A stretch of 64,000 nucleotides of DNA from Callorhinchus milii (taxonomy: Eukaryota), in the NCBI RefSeq assembly GCF_018977255.1, contig NW_024704743.1:100752001-100816000 (forward strand), in the 5' to 3' direction. Shown piece after piece: positions 37,099-51,240 of this stretch. The notes below the pieces were generated by a model. The model was not told the DNA's origin. It ran no database searches and saw nothing but the letters and a program-made list of their open reading frames with translations. The translations under genes were made by a program, and so were the position numbers. Numbering within the stretch: the first letter of the stretch is position 1; the number at the start of each line of letters is the position of its first letter.

Positions 37099-37824
37099 CT
37101 ATGAGGGTGGAGGGGGAAGAAAACAAGATGTCAAGGTTTACTCAGAAAATATGCAACCGAAACAACTGTATAAAATAGCCCTCTCCTTACCACTGATTCT
37201 AAGGAGTGGGGAAGAACTTCAGGGAACAATAATTATGTCAATCTCCCTTTTGTCTGAAACACTGGCCTCTCTAACTCATTTAGTAATATTTTAGCATTGG
37301 TTTCCTACTGAAAAGCAACAATGTCTAATACTAATAATAATCCTTTGTTTTGATACAGGATATTATCACGTCTCAAAGTGCTTCAGTGTTTTCTATAAAG
37401 TGTAATAATTATTTTATAGGCGAATGTGGCAGCTAATTCGCGCACAGCATTGTCTCGAAACAGCCAGAAGTCAATAACTGATTTTTTTAAATTCTGTTGA
37501 CCGGGACAATACTCTTTTCTTTTGAATAGTGCTGAAGGATGATTAACATCGATTTGAACAGACCGACAGAAGCTCGGTTTAAAGTCTAATCAAGAGATAG
37601 CACTTCCATCAACAGTTTTCCTCCAGCACTGACTAACGTTTCAGACCGACTATGAGCAAAGAAACTATCCACATTTTCAGGTTTGGTAGATACAGAGTGC
37701 TTATTTCTGATATCCATGAGCAGATATATGTAGAAATACACATTTTACGGAGCAGGAAACATTAGGGAGTTGTAGTTTATTGGTAGAGCTATGGCCATTC
37801 TTTAGCTGACTTAAAAAATATAAT

Positions 37825-38210
37825 AAAAATAATCCTTGCATTTGATGTAGTCGTATCATGTCTTCGAGATGTCTCAAAGCGCTTTACAGATTCTACTGTA
37901 GCGTGTAATGACTGTATGTCTCGTGGATGAATTTTGTACTGTGATTCAGAGAACTTCGGTCAGAGCGGTGGGCCTTTGAACCGAAACCTCAGTTTGTTAT
38001 GTGAAACACCATCCTAACACTAATAATAACAATAATCCTTGCATTTGATACAGCGCTTTTCACGTCTTCTAGATGTCTCCAAGCACTTCACAGAATATAC
38101 TGTAAAGTGAATTGACTGTATATTTGTGGGCAAAACGCAGCAGCCAATTGCGTACAGCAATGTCCCACAAACAGTCGTGGTTTGAGTGACCAAATTATTA
38201 TTTTTTTAAT
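37825..38210 (-). mobile_element. Two tRNA-SINE 3' fragments
   Basis: aataatccttgcatttgat tail twice; gcagccaattgcgtacagcaatgtcccacaaacag core. Confidence 0.8.
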
Positions 38211-39705
38211 TTTTTTTCCCCTACCGTAACGCAGCTGAAAGATAATCTGCCCTCAGCACTATTGTAAACTGCAATGCCAGCGTGTTATAGTCAGTGCCCA
38301 GCCTCTCAAACATTAAACAAAAGATAAAGACATTTTAGCAAAATGATAGCGACATTGAAATAAGGAATTGAAAATCTATGTTGATCTGTCTTACATCTAC
38401 TTTGTCTGCTGCCGTGTATTGTGTCTGTTAATTGCCCTTGGGAAATATAAGTAAATATACTTTCCAGCTTAACTAGGATTTTCTAAAGAAATATTCCTTG
38501 ATAATGAATTCAGGTAGGCAGCAGTCTAACAATACAGCATTGGCATATAAAGCCACAGTACAGTGATTTGCACAGGCACATTCACACTCATTTGAGACAC
38601 CATTTCACTTATTTTAAACAGATGTGCATCAGATTCAATTTTGGTATTTTTCCTCTTTGAAGATCAGCAGGATATAATAAGCTCTAATAATGTCACATGA
38701 ATCGTAGAGGGTGACTAACAGCCACACAACAAGCAGGGCTATTTTCATTCAAACAGTGCTACTCTGTGGGCTGTCTCTGGCAGAGTAGGCTCCCACATTA
38801 ATAAACCTCTATTGGGAAACTCTATAACAGAAGACCATTCAGAAAGCATATCATCTGTCAGGAGAAAATTGACAATATAATTTTTTTATATACAGGAAGC
38901 AAATAAATTCTACAAATACTTATATCAACATTCTCGATTAGTGAAACAGTCACAGAAATATTAGCTCGATCCTTATCAAATTCAACTATATTAAAATTGA
39001 AATTTTAATCTAGGCCATTGGGCGCAGCAGATTAACATGTCTAACTAGGTGAATTAGAGATAAACGAGTAAAGCTTAACAATTTGCACAAATTAAACACA
39101 GCAATTACAACTCAAACCTGGAAAGGAAATTAGAATTTTTGCTAAAGTATCTTGAATTAATTAAAGCTATTTTGGGGATGAAAAAAAACATTGCTTGAGA
39201 AAATTGCAGTGAAAATGGCATACAAACAACTGCTTGGGCATAAAGCACATCAAATGCAGGGAGCCCAATGTACACCCCAATGAACCACAAGGCTTCGGCC
39301 CTGAAGAGACCTTGGGTCTGATCTGTGTTTGAGGGTCAACATCACATAAACGGTCTTCCCTGCGCAAGGCATGTTTTCATGTTTCAAGACTCCTTTTCCC
39401 TCGTGCAAGGCACCATTTACTCTGCCGTTTTCCTGATGAGTATTTTTTTTTCCAACCACGAAGAGATTTTTTAGTGTGCAGCTCAGGCTGGATTTTGATC
39501 CGCCTATACACATCTTTGCCCAATTAGTCTTTTCCAAAAGGAATTCTGATTTGAGAATAATATTAATTTGCTGACTACTTATACATTTTGTCAGGATATT
39601 ATTGCATGCCCTGTATACATGCGATTGTTATAATATCAGCATCCACTTAGAGGCACTATAAACAACTAGTGAGCAAAGCAGAACAAACCTCACATTTGAA
39701 CTTAC

Positions 39706-39858
39706 TTCACTGGGCCGAATTTTGATGTAGAAGTTATTCCTTTTGTACGAGATCTTGAGAACTTTGGGCCAAGCAAATCGGTTAATTCTCAGACGGTCCC
39801 TGTAGATCAACAAGCCACTGGCACACACCCCCAGCATGATATCAACTCCTTCCGAATC
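39706..39858 (-). CDS. EPB41L3: FERM C-lobe exon, 153 nt: [51 protein letters not shown]
   Basis: cacaag|GAT (AAG acceptor) ... GAA|gtaagt; phase 0-0. Confidence 0.97.
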
Positions 39859-39956
39859 CTTGTGAAGCAGAGAAACAATTAGTGTAACAGTACATTCATT
39901 ATGACAAGTCCAGTGCTGCGGCCTTGGCACCACTACCTGTGCAAAGTTATCAATGT

Positions 39957-40265
39957 GGAGTCCTGTAGCTCAGTGGTTAGAGCACTCGCTTTGCAAGTGA
40001 GAGACCTGAGTTCAATTCCAGGCAGGGCGAAACCTTGGGCAAGTTTCCTTACTCCACACGCCTAATAATAAATAATCCCTCCAAAAAATAAAAACAATAA
40101 TAAATTGGTCATTTTCAATCTACAGCTGTTTGTGGGACATTGCTGTGCGCAATTGGCTGCCGCGTTCGCCCACAAATATACAGTCAATTCACTTTACAGT
40201 GTATTCTGTGAAGCGCTTTGGGACGTCCTCCCGACGTGAAAAGCGCTATATCAAATTCAAGGAAT
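39957..40265 (+). mobile_element. Young tRNA-derived SINE (short, internally deleted subfamily)
   Basis: Intact A/B boxes, TGC-anticodon-like loop, Deu-like core, L2-like tail; first ~110 nt identical to the copy at 55450-55765. Confidence 0.92.
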
Positions 40266-41718
40266 ATATATAACCTGCATTTATGCAAAGAACTTTGGTG
40301 TCACTTTAACCNAAAAAAGGAACATATCAGTAAATTTAGAGATTTTAATTAAAGTTACGGCATTATACTCAGGTTTGATTTTTCACATTCTACTTCCTTG
40401 AGTTTGCAGAAGTAAGAAAGGGAAACGACGATCATTTCACGTTCAGTGTTAGGTTGGCTGGTGGCTATTTTTTAATTTTAAGGGATACAAGTACATTCCC
40501 TCCAATGTTTCAGGTTTAAGCACTGGTTTTATTGTCATTTTTCTTCTTTCTATGCTTCACTTTCTTCACATTCCCTCATCTATGTCTGTTTGCTGTCAAT
40601 TCTCCCTCCACCTCATTTCTTTCTCTTATTCTTCTGTGTTTTAATAACCAGATTATTTTTCTTTTTGTCTTCTCTTGCATTCCTTGACTGCTCTTTTAAT
40701 TTAAATGTCTTATTTGATCTATTTCCTACATCAATACTGCAGACAGTTCCTACCCTATGAAATGGGCAGATTCTACTGTTAAACACAACATGCTCAAATA
40801 GTCCCACTCCTCGAATTGCAGAGAGCTTTGTGCACATGTTCCACAGCCGCTAGACGGAGCAAAGCATCAGTCTGCTATACAGAAGATTAGGGTAAAGGTA
40901 GTTTAACAACAGAATGAGGCCATCACAAAATGTTAGAATTATGTGCAGTGGGGGAAATTTTACTGAGGAGTTGTGCAATCTGATACAAGAAGTGCAAACA
41001 GTTAGTATTTATTCACTCTTAGGTGTGCTCCATATCTATATTTTTTGACTGACTTCAGGAGAAAGTGAGAGAAAAAAATAAAAATTAAAGGGCTCTTACG
41101 TGGTCCTATATTTCTTCATTTGCTCAGTGGAACAGTGAAGCAGAAATGCTCAGAGAACGTGAGCCAGAAGGGGCTTTCTTGGAACGTGCTCAGTCTCGCT
41201 ATCTTTAACTGCAAGGATTATTATTAAAGTGTGTGCTTTGTTTTCACCCCACTTTCTGGCCAGCACTGGAGTTTATAAAGCACTCTGAAGAGACGCCGCG
41301 TGTATGGCTGTAATGTAAACTGTGTAAGCTCCAGGGAATACCTTGTACGTCACACAGACTCTCGAGTCCTTGGCAGCGGCGAGAACTCAAATTAAAGCCA
41401 AGGTCTCGCACTTCTGTTACATACAGGGGATTCCCTGGAGCGAAACACAATTTGCGCTACTGGCACTTTTGCCAGGAGCCCCGCAATAGACAGCGCCACT
41501 GGAGCACGTTTAGAAACCACCATCGCCCAATGACTAAAGACACAGAAAGCAGAATGAGATCCATGCCAGCTGGAGGGCACTGTAATAAATTCTGGAGGAG
41601 GATTAACTATTTGGCTCATGAGGTTTTATGGACAAAGGTGGGGGGGGGTGGAAAATCAGCTCAACTGGAGAGAGTTGTATTTTGGAACACAAAAGCATAG
41701 CATTAAATCAACATGTAC

Positions 41719-41806
41719 CTTGGCATGATGCAGGTCCACTCCATACATGGAAAGCTTCTTAGCATTTTCGAGGAAATGCATTTCTGCTTCTGCAGGTGTC
41801 ATGCCC
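41719..41806 (-). CDS. EPB41L3: FERM exon, 88 nt: [29 protein letters not shown]
   Basis: tttag|G GGC ... GCC AAG|gtacat; phase 2-0. Confidence 0.97.
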
Positions 41807-42669
41807 CTAAACAAGAGAAGGAAAAAGGGCATCTCTTATTCAATTCAAACTGTATTCTATACCACTTGGAATTGAGTTCAGCCTCAGCTCATTCACTTTG
41901 TGCAGGTTCTTGAGTAATGTACCAATCTGTGCTCTGGTATTTTTTGCAGGTGCAAATGTTTGACATCATTGAAATAAAGAGGAGCCTGAAAAAAAGGGGC
42001 CCTGGTTGAGTATGGGTCCACTTAGAGCACCAATCGACTGTGTACTAGAATGCAATACTCCCACTTTACAGTGCTGGGAAACTGCTTCCTCCACTAAGAA
42101 GTGACTGACTTCTATGCCACCTGTTGAATAATAATAAAACTCTTCACATTTAATATAGCGCTTATCATGTCTTTGAGACGTCTCAATGTGCTTCACAGAA
42201 TATACTGTAAAGTGAGTTGACTGTATATTTTGTGGGCGAAAGGATGACACTTCCTATGCATTTACATGTGAAGACGTATAAGAAGTGTCACTGGTGTCGC
42301 TTCCTGCACACAATCCCTCAAACAGCAATGATTTTGGTCAGGATACCGGGAAAAAAACTCTTCTCTTTTCAAATAATGTCTTGAGATCTTTAACTTCCAG
42401 GTAGACGGGACCTCGGTTTAACATCTCATCTGAAGGATAGCACCACCAGCAATGCAGCATATGCTCAACATTGAAATGGAGTCACCCTAGACAATATAGG
42501 ATCCAAGTCGCAACATGAGTCTTGAAACCCAACCTTCTGACTCAGATGTGAGAGTGGTACCAACTGAGCCAAGCTGATGCACTATTTTTTGCATATAGGT
42601 AGAATGCACAGTGCATAGGCAGTGATATCAGCATGACTTGACAATCCAGATGTCGGCCATGTTTCAGAC

Positions 42670-42965
42670 AACAACTGCGATAAATTTCATTTGTATAGCG
42701 CCTTTCATGTCAGGAGGACGTCCCAAAGCACTGGACAGTCAGGGATCCCCACCTGAGCTGGTGGTTGGGATCTGGAGGGATGGAGGGCGGGGAGGGTAGG
42801 AGTAGTGGGTGGCTGAAGGCGTGGTTGAAGAAGAGGATCTTGAAGGAGGCAAGGGAGGGGGCAAGGGAGGGGGCAAGGTGGAGGGACTGTGGGATGGAGT
42901 TCCAGAGGGTGGGGGCAAAGAAGCTGAAGGCCCACCCACCAATGGTGGAGCTAGCAAGGCGGGGG
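42670..42965 (-). mobile_element. L2 LINE 3' end
   Basis: VGG..FSFFAPTLWNSIPQSLHL-type sequence; tail gggacgtcctcctgacatgaaaggcgctatacaaatg. Confidence 0.82.
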
Positions 42966-43264
42966 ACCTCATTCTAATGCAATTTCTATATGGATACTGG
43001 TCGCAGACAAATGCACTATATTGGGGTTACTCTGCAAAGACATCAAAATGCAACCAAGATACAAGTGTTTGGGACATTGTTATCACAAACACCCTCTGAA
43101 AATCCAGAGGCCATTTAAATAATGGAGATTCAAATGTCAAAAGCACCAATTTTTTCACCTGATTTTCAGTTAACAGCGCCACAATATAAGAGAAACCTAA
43201 AAAGTGCTTCTGCATGTTTAAAGTCTACAACAGATATTTTGCTATTATACAGTATGGCACCTAC

Positions 43265-43483
43265 TTGTGGTTTTTGTGCAGTTCTATCACCTTTTCTTCC
43301 AGTTCTTTTGTATCAGTTGGAGCAAAGTGAAACTCACTGATGTAGTCGGTGCTATATTCATCTGGGTCATAATCTCCCAGTTCAGCTTGAACAGTGTAGG
43401 AGCCGAGCAAGGCATGTGTGACTAAAGAACACGGCAATCTCCCAGACACAATGTCATCCCTCAGCTGCAGACACAAGTAGTAT
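43265..43483 (-). CDS. EPB41L3: FERM alpha-lobe exon, 219 nt: [18 protein letters not shown]...[10 protein letters not shown](K)
   Basis: tttag|A TAC ... CAC AA|gtaggt; phase 2-2; matches ORF 43261..43506. Confidence 0.97.
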
Positions 43484-44056
43484 CTAAAGCAGAGACACAA
43501 ATGCACACACGTTTGAGATATTGAGAAACTATCCTGTTTGAAAGCTATTTAGAATAGGGATGCCTCCAATAAAGGGAAGCCAACCCTCAGAACCAGTTTA
43601 AACATGGATGATAATTATGACTCAAATTGCAAAAATGGGTTTAAATGAAAATTGACGTATAATGTTTGGTGGATGTAACCTCTATATAAAAAAAATGTTA
43701 AATGAAGAGTACTCTTAAAAGGATTGTTGGCCAGAACACAGAGAGAAATGCTGTTCTCGTTTCAAATAGTGCCCTGGGATCTAAAATACCAAACATCAGG
43801 CAAACAGAGCAATGGTTTAACATCCTACCCAAAGGACTGCACCTCCAACAAAGAAACACACCAATGTCTCACAAACAGCCATAAAGTGAATGACAATATT
43901 ATCTAGACGATTGTTGACCAGGACACCGAGAGAAACTCCCCTGCAATTATTCGGAGTATCAGACTAGCGTTTACGAATTCAAATATGACTTGTGCACCAC
44001 AGCTAACAATAAAAATGTGAACTCCACCTTTTTAGAGAAACTATTCTCTCTCTCAC

Positions 44057-44132
44057 CTGGTGATGTCCTCAGAGAGCTGAGCAGGATCCGGAGGGTAAAA
44101 CTTTACATTGAATGAAAATTGCCATGGTCCAC
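44057..44132 (-). CDS. EPB41L3: FERM exon, 76 nt: (S)[24 protein letters not shown](R)
   Basis: ttgtag|GT ... ACC AG|gtgag; phase 1-2. Confidence 0.96.
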
Positions 44133-47100
44133 CTACAAGGAAATAAATCAATTATTCAAATAGTGAACCAAAAGTAAGTTTGTTAGGGGAATACTTTTAA
44201 ACATGAACTCGAATTTAGCAAGTCCAGTGTTTATTGATTTTTTTAAAAAAAATCTAATGCAATTTCTTGTTAAATGCAAGTTATTGTTTAAATCATCAAC
44301 AACAACTTGCATTTCATAATTTATAAAACCCTTATTTGGTTGAATTTGCATTGTCTGTTTCAGCCACGTTTTACTCTAAAATACTTCTGAGGCAAGAATA
44401 GAAGACAACTTCTATTCAGAATTTAAATTAGTCCGTCAACCCTCTGCTGTGTGCAACCCCATGAACGAGCAATCACTGAAGAAACGCTTAACTGACTTTT
44501 GACCCTGTCTATGAGGAAAAATTTATTCAGTCTTGGAATTACTGTGCTATGACACCCTCCAAAGTGTTGATACCTGCCTGGATCAATTTACAAAACAGCT
44601 CTGCATTGCTCCAAATAACAATCCTGCATGGAAGTTATGCCACTAGCTGACATTCAGTTTGGATTGTAAAATAATAGTGCATTCAACTACAGTTTCCAAT
44701 TTGCTTCAACTTCAGCAAGGGAATTCTGTATTTGTCAACTAGTAATATGTCAAAAGCTAGTAAGTTGCAAGATCTGGTTCCAAAATTAACTGTAAACTAA
44801 ACTTGGAGAATATTTACAATTTGCCGCCACATACTTTCTTACGAGTGACCTTTCTCAATACTGTAACTGAAGCCAAGAACTTGTTCGATTAAACCTGTCC
44901 TGCGAGAGATTCTGTGATGTGCAAAAAGTTGTAATAAGTTCCACAAAGATCCGTAGGAGAACGCCAAGTGGCTTCACCTCCAATCCCAAAAGGGCACCGC
45001 CTCCATAAAATAATCTTTACTAATGTGGTCAACATTGCAATCCTATAGTTCTGTTCTTAGAATTTGGTGGTTGCATGGAGCTAAAACTGGCTCCACCACT
45101 CCAACCTCAGGAATGCATTGGACAAGATCCCTTTACAAGATTGGTAGACATATAACGAGCAGATGCAATATCATACCCATGTGATTTCCTGTACATCAGC
45201 TTGTACATTGGCCAGGAAATGGAGGGCATTCAAATCACGTTTCTGAGATGGTCAATGTCAATCAAGTACCATCAGATTAAGAAGGGGATTCAGGTTGGGA
45301 ACAAATCTAAAATCGAGGAAAACTGGAGAACATGTGAGTGATAAAGTGGCAAGGGTGTTATTTCTCAAGAGTCAGATTGTAGTTACATTTACGGACAACC
45401 GTAAGATGTGAGTGACATATTCTATTTACAATGAATGGTAGTCGGTTTTCAACTGGAATGAGATTTTCTTTTGAGTCTAGTTAAAGATATTATCTGTCGA
45501 AAAAATTAGACCGTGATCTTCCTTTATGAGTATGATATTATACCCTTGAAACTAGCATGTATTGTTACTAGGGTTTCTTGACATGTTTTTTTATAGAAAC
45601 ATTCGAATGTTAGTTCAACAATTGTTTTTTTAAAAAGTGGTACATGTGAATCAAATCAGCTTTATTCTGCAATAACTCCAGAACTGAGAATCAATATTTA
45701 GCTTGCAGTTAATGGGTAGGCAGATCAGCAAAAGTAAACTAAACAAACCAGAAATTCCAATGGAGCTCTCAGGTAACCTTGTAAAAAGTCAAGTTAATGA
45801 GATTGCTTTTGCTGTGGACAGAAAATGAAAGGGTCTCCCATGAGCTTTCTGATCCTCCTTCCAAATAGTTTTTACTTGAAACACCATCTAATATCAAAAA
45901 ATGATGCAATCTGCAGTCACCTATATAGAATTTTTTTATAGATACACAGAATCAATATTTAGAATTACACTGTGATCCTCAGTCAGTACTGGCTGGGGAA
46001 ATTAAGGAAGAATAACCCTCCCTGAACACAATTATATAGCCTAAAAAAAATCTCAAATCAGAAATAATTTATCACCCATCAACAATCCTTTATCTTCCTC
46101 AGCAAGTGTAAGTTTAAAATTGCCCGAATGAAATGGATTTGTCAAGATCACAGATAAAGATTGAAATTCTATTTCTATTGCCTAAGTTGGAAGCAGAATG
46201 GGCAATATTGGTTTTATTGAACCGGATACGATGAGCAACTGTGCTGTGCTTGTTCATAGAGACACAAGTATACATAGGGAGAAGGGGTTTGGAACTGGGA
46301 TTAGGATGGATGGAGGTTCATGTGGAATACAAGCATTGCCAACTAGCACGTTGCCATGTATTATATGAAAGTCTATGTAAAGGAAGGTAATGAACCCAGA
46401 ATGCAGCAAGTGCTAAATTAGTTTTCTCTGGATTTCAATTCATATAGTTTCTAACAGTGCGGTGAACATATATGCAAACATATCTGTTAATACCAAATCC
46501 CACCAGTAACTGGGTGTGGGGTTTACGCAATCTACTTTCATGCACATCAGAGCAGAATTTTTGCTGGTCAGCAAACTGTATGTCAGATTACCAGATAGAC
46601 TCAATGTTTGCAGCTCCTGCATTTTCCATGTTCGATAACACGCGCACAAAATATGGTATCCATTCTAGAAATTCATTCTAGAAATCATAAAAACTGATGT
46701 AAACATATCTTCTTCAACTTCTCCTCTCACTTCTCTCCTGTTAGTGACTCTTGTCATGTAGTTTCACGGGAACATACAATCTTCTGACTCAAGAGACAAG
46801 AATGCTACCAACTGAGCCAGGCTGACAGTATTAAACAGTTTTTCAGATTCTAGCGCTATGAAATTACAGAAGAGGGAAAATAAAGAGATTCAAGAGGCAA
46901 GTGAAAACAGGCCTCGATGGCATCTGGGTCAGTCCAGCTTCTCATTCTGGCTGTTACCAAATTATTAACTGAAACCTATTACAGGTAGAAAAAAGGAACT
47001 TCTGCTTTAGATTGAAACCAAAACGATTAACACTGTGCATTGGTAGTTTTGTTGATGTTCTGTTGCTTCCAGCTCTACTTTTGCACGTGGTAGAAACAGA

Positions 47101-48105
47101 TCCTCTCTTTGGTTTCCTCCTCAATTACTTGCAACATACTCAGAGTAATTCCTGCGTGGGTTTACAATATTGTGATTCTACTGTTGCTGGGAAGATTCAC
47201 TTTGCATTGATTCATACCAGCCTCAGCATCTTCCCAACATTTAAGCTAAGGAACAATTGACAGAACGATCATCAGCATGGAAACACAAGAACTTTAAGAC
47301 CTCTTCTTCTGTAGCTGCTATCCTTTAGCAGAGATAAGAAAATATACCAGATGGTTTCAGTGTCTCAAACAATTTACAAAACACATTCTCTGTCTTGCCA
47401 AATTGCATGAGGCTTAAAGATAAAAATAATTTTTAAAAAAATCTCACCCTGAGGGCTTCTCTATTCTGAATGACTGAAACACAATGTGAATGGAAATCAT
47501 GTCTTGATAAACAAATACAAAAGCTGTTTCTTTTGTTGTTACTTCCACCCCGCACTCTGTTCTCGTTCCTCTTCTGAAGCCACCAATTATTGCCGAGCTA
47601 CATTTCTGGCACTTGTCAGCCTTCATATACGAGCTTAGATAATAAGCCTGAACAGGCTGTTTAACTGAGAGGGAACATCACAATTGAACCTGATCCTGTC
47701 CTTGTTTAACATATCCACACACCTTCCAACAGAGGTCAACTAATACAGGAGCAGGAACCCTGGCTGATTTTCCCTTCACTAATGTCAGGCTGTTGAAGCC
47801 AATTGCAGCACATTGACTGGTAGACAGACTATAATGCTCAATAGCTTCGGGTGTAGAGTGACCTGATTTGGATGAAGAAAGTCTTTCAGGCCATTTGATG
47901 CCACCCTTCCAGAAAACCCACTTTATTATCTTCACATCACTGTATGAAGCTATTTATTAAATGAATAGAGTATCTTGGTCTCAACACGTGCTCCAATCTG
48001 TGATGGTCAGTGCTGGACCACGATCATCAGAGCAGTCTTTATCATTTACCCTTTGACCATCAGGACTCAAACCTGCAATTTAAGTAATTAGTAAAATGCA
48101 CTTAC

Positions 48106-48148
48106 TTCGAATCTGCTTTTTAATCTCCTTGGCTGGATCTAACCAGTT
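48106..48148 (-). CDS. EPB41L3: FERM exon, 43 nt: NWLDPAKEIKKQIR(S)
   Basis: tttcag|AAC ... CGA A|gtaag; phase 0-1. Confidence 0.95.
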
Positions 48149-49556
48149 CTGAAACACAGCGTTTAAAATACATTTTAATTTTACTCAAATATTATCCTCA
48201 CTGTGAGGATCGTAATCACATACATTAAACTAGTCTTGTTGCCATGTTATCTCACAATGAAACATTTTATACAAAATATCACCAATGACCTGGCTCTTAA
48301 ATATAACAGCAGAAAAGACACAAATGGATTACACCAGATCAATTATCCTCCTCATGGGGGGAGGTAAGCGGGTCCTTGGAGCTGAACTGGCTCCAACATG
48401 TCATCTTGGTAACGGAATGCTGGAATTGAGTCAAAACATTAAGATGCAATACAAGTGTATATATGTGTATGTATATCACGGAGCACAACACAGCTATGTA
48501 CAAATGTGATTCACAGCTGATGGAAGTCAATACCAAGACACATTCTTATAGAAAAAATTAGGTGGCAAGTGTTGAGAAAGACACCAGAAGAAAGTTGCTG
48601 ATGTACTGAATGACCTACCCAAATAGCAGTCTACTGAGTACCTCACTCACTAGGTATACTAATACAGTAGCAGGTTTGGGCTGTGTGAGCTGTTCTGTTA
48701 GATATAGTTTGTGCTCAATGTGAAATGTGCTGCATACATGTCCAGACAGATGGGAATGTTATAGCCATAACAGATAGTGGAAATGTTTGGGAGCAACTAA
48801 ACGAGGGACTGGGACTTGGAGAAGATTAGGAGTAACTGGGAGAGGCACAAAATTATTTTTCACGCCAACACAATTTAGTCCAGATTACTGTGGAAAAGTT
48901 GTCATCATATAAATTTGATTTCAAAATAAAATATAAATTAAAAGGCACAGTTAAGCAGTCAAGAATTACATTTCTGAATAGAGAATAGTTTCTTAAATAA
49001 AAGTAAACTTTTTTTGAATCATAAGAAGAGAACTAATAATTAAAAAGAGTAAAATAAAATTGAAAGAAAGGAAGAACTTCTATAAGTCCAATTAGAAAAT
49101 AATTATTTGGAATCCAAATGTAGTAGAAGCTCCATTTAAATCTGTTTAATCCAACTTAATTTACAGATAACAAATTATTGCATGTTCATTGAATAAAAAA
49201 GTACTCCTCAGGAAAATGGAACTTCGCTGCCGAAATAATGCACCTCAAGACATGAACTACTGACCCAGCAAAGACCACCTTGTACATCACACCCATTCAT
49301 GAGACGTCGACTCTAACCAGCAAAGCCTTTTGGCATTGAGGTCTCAAATCAGGAGATGGATATGGAGCTCCTTGCAAAAGGTGCAATTCATCTTCCCAGG
49401 CCCTAGGTCTAGCAAACACATTCTGAAGAGCACTTTATTAACCCACAGTCAGGAAAGTGAAAGGTTTACCTCTGTGGAAAAACATATGTAGAAAGCCTTT
49501 CTCTAGGTTTGGTTCTTCCCATTTCAAGCACCTTATAATTTAGCGCCTGAACGTAC

Positions 49557-49661
49557 CTTTTGATTTTCAGAGTCCCGAAAAGCCAGACCAAAGTAATCTT
49601 TTTCTAGGAGGTTGAGCTGCCCACAGACTTTGTCAAAGAGCACCTGCCCTTTGGCACGTTT
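49557..49661 (-). CDS. EPB41L3: FERM N-lobe exon, 105 nt: [35 protein letters not shown]
   Basis: Acceptor ggacag|AAA, donor AAG|gtacgt, phase 0-0; canonical 4.1 FERM peptide, in a different frame from the ORF track. Confidence 0.96.
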
Positions 49662-50974
49662 CTGTCCAAAAAGAACAGAATTTTATTAGTGCAAAATTGA
49701 ACATCATAAATAAGATTAAGTTCAACCAATACTTTTTTTAATAGAAAACACAGGACACATAGCCAGCAGGATAACTGAATTGCATTCCTTTCAAAATAGA
49801 CCATCTGACCAGCAGATTTCCTTTTACAAGTGAGCAGCAACAACAATAATAGTTTGCACTCATACAGCACCTTTCACTTAGGAGCATGTTTCAAAGTGCT
49901 TTACAGAGATGGAGTGAGAGCTTAAGCTGTGTTGAGTTGCGGAGGGGAGAAGAAAGAGTATGCAGGAGGTGACTGAAGCAGCAGTCAAAGAGAACTTTTT
50001 TAAAGAGCATGTTTGGTTACACTGACAAACCCCCTCAGGCATTCAACCATTTAGGAACATGGATAAGTTCCCATTTAAAAAAACAAGCAGAAGTCATAGA
50101 AATAGAATTTTTCTACACAATAGGAGGCCAAATCAATCCATCACATCTCTGCCACTACACTCTGATTTCCAATCTTTATTTTTTTTAAAAACTCCACTTT
50201 TTACTTCTTTCCCCAATATTCCTCAAGGTTTTTACTGAAGCCCTATTTAAAATTCAAGATTTATTGAATTTTAATATTAATATATTTTCCTTTAGCAGAG
50301 TGTTACACACATAGAAATCACTGAAAAAAGCGGCAGTTGATGTGGGGTGCAGAGAGGATTATGGCAGTTTCTCCCAACCCCCAATCCTTTCATTTTTAAT
50401 TGGAAAAATGGGTAAACAATTGAATTAATGACCAGCTGGTGTGGAGTAAAGACCAACCTGATACAGCTCAGTGCCACAGGAGCTCCACTAAACATCTCTG
50501 CTGGCTCTAGACCAACTGTAGTGATGGAGGTTATGGAGTAGTGGCTCAGACTGTCTTTCCCCTCCAGGCTGGTAGGGAGTTTTGTGTGATAGAAAAACCT
50601 ACAAGGATGGAAACGAGGACTAAAGAAAAAAAACATGCCCAGAGGAGCATTCCCAACTGCACCCATGCCAAGTTTTACTTCCCACGCCAGTCACCCTTCT
50701 GGCCTCCAAGCGGGATGGCCAATTTTATGCCAATTAGTGCTCAATTATGAGCTGTTTTGTGCATGGATTGCTGTTGACTCAGGCCAAGCGCATTTTACAC
50801 CGGGCTGTTACAAGGATTAATGAAAGGAAACTTTTATCCCATCAGTTTTGGGATGGATTCAGCTCGAGTCTCAGGGGGTGAAAAGGGCACTTTCATCCAA
50901 ATGCACCATCGTTCATCTATTTTTGTTCAATTTAAGCAAAAGGTATAATTAAATAACAATGTAGGATATAAAAT

Positions 50975-51240
50975 ATGAGGGCATAAATATAAGACAGTTA
51001 GCAGTTGATCTAATAGAGAGCTAAGGCGGAACTCCTTGAAGAAGAGTGGTGAGATTGTGGACCTCACTGCTGGAAGCTGTGGTTGAAGCAAAAAGCATCA
51101 ACATATTTGAGAAAACTTCAAGCATAATTGAGTGAGAAGATAACAGAGGGGTATAAGAGAAGGGAATAGGAGGAATGGAGGTTGGTGGAGAGTTTAAATA
51201 TCAGCATGAAAGTTACCATGTTGCATCACTCCATGTAACT
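50975..51240 (+). mobile_element. Old CR1 3' fragment
   Basis: gagggcataaatataag..agagtggtgagattgtggacctcactgctggaa, similar to 33400-33560. Confidence 0.6.

Noticed and set aside
39299..39325. CTGAAGA-GACC-ttg-GGTC hammerhead-like start
   Set aside because: Followed by TGAT rather than GAAA; core incomplete
39957..40030. tRNA-Ala(TGC)-like gene (also 55690-55765, 8774-8845)
   Set aside because: Acceptor stem does not pair and the sequence runs on into a SINE body and tail; these are SINE heads
40312..40312. Single N base
   Set aside because: Assembly ambiguity, not biological; may hide a small gap
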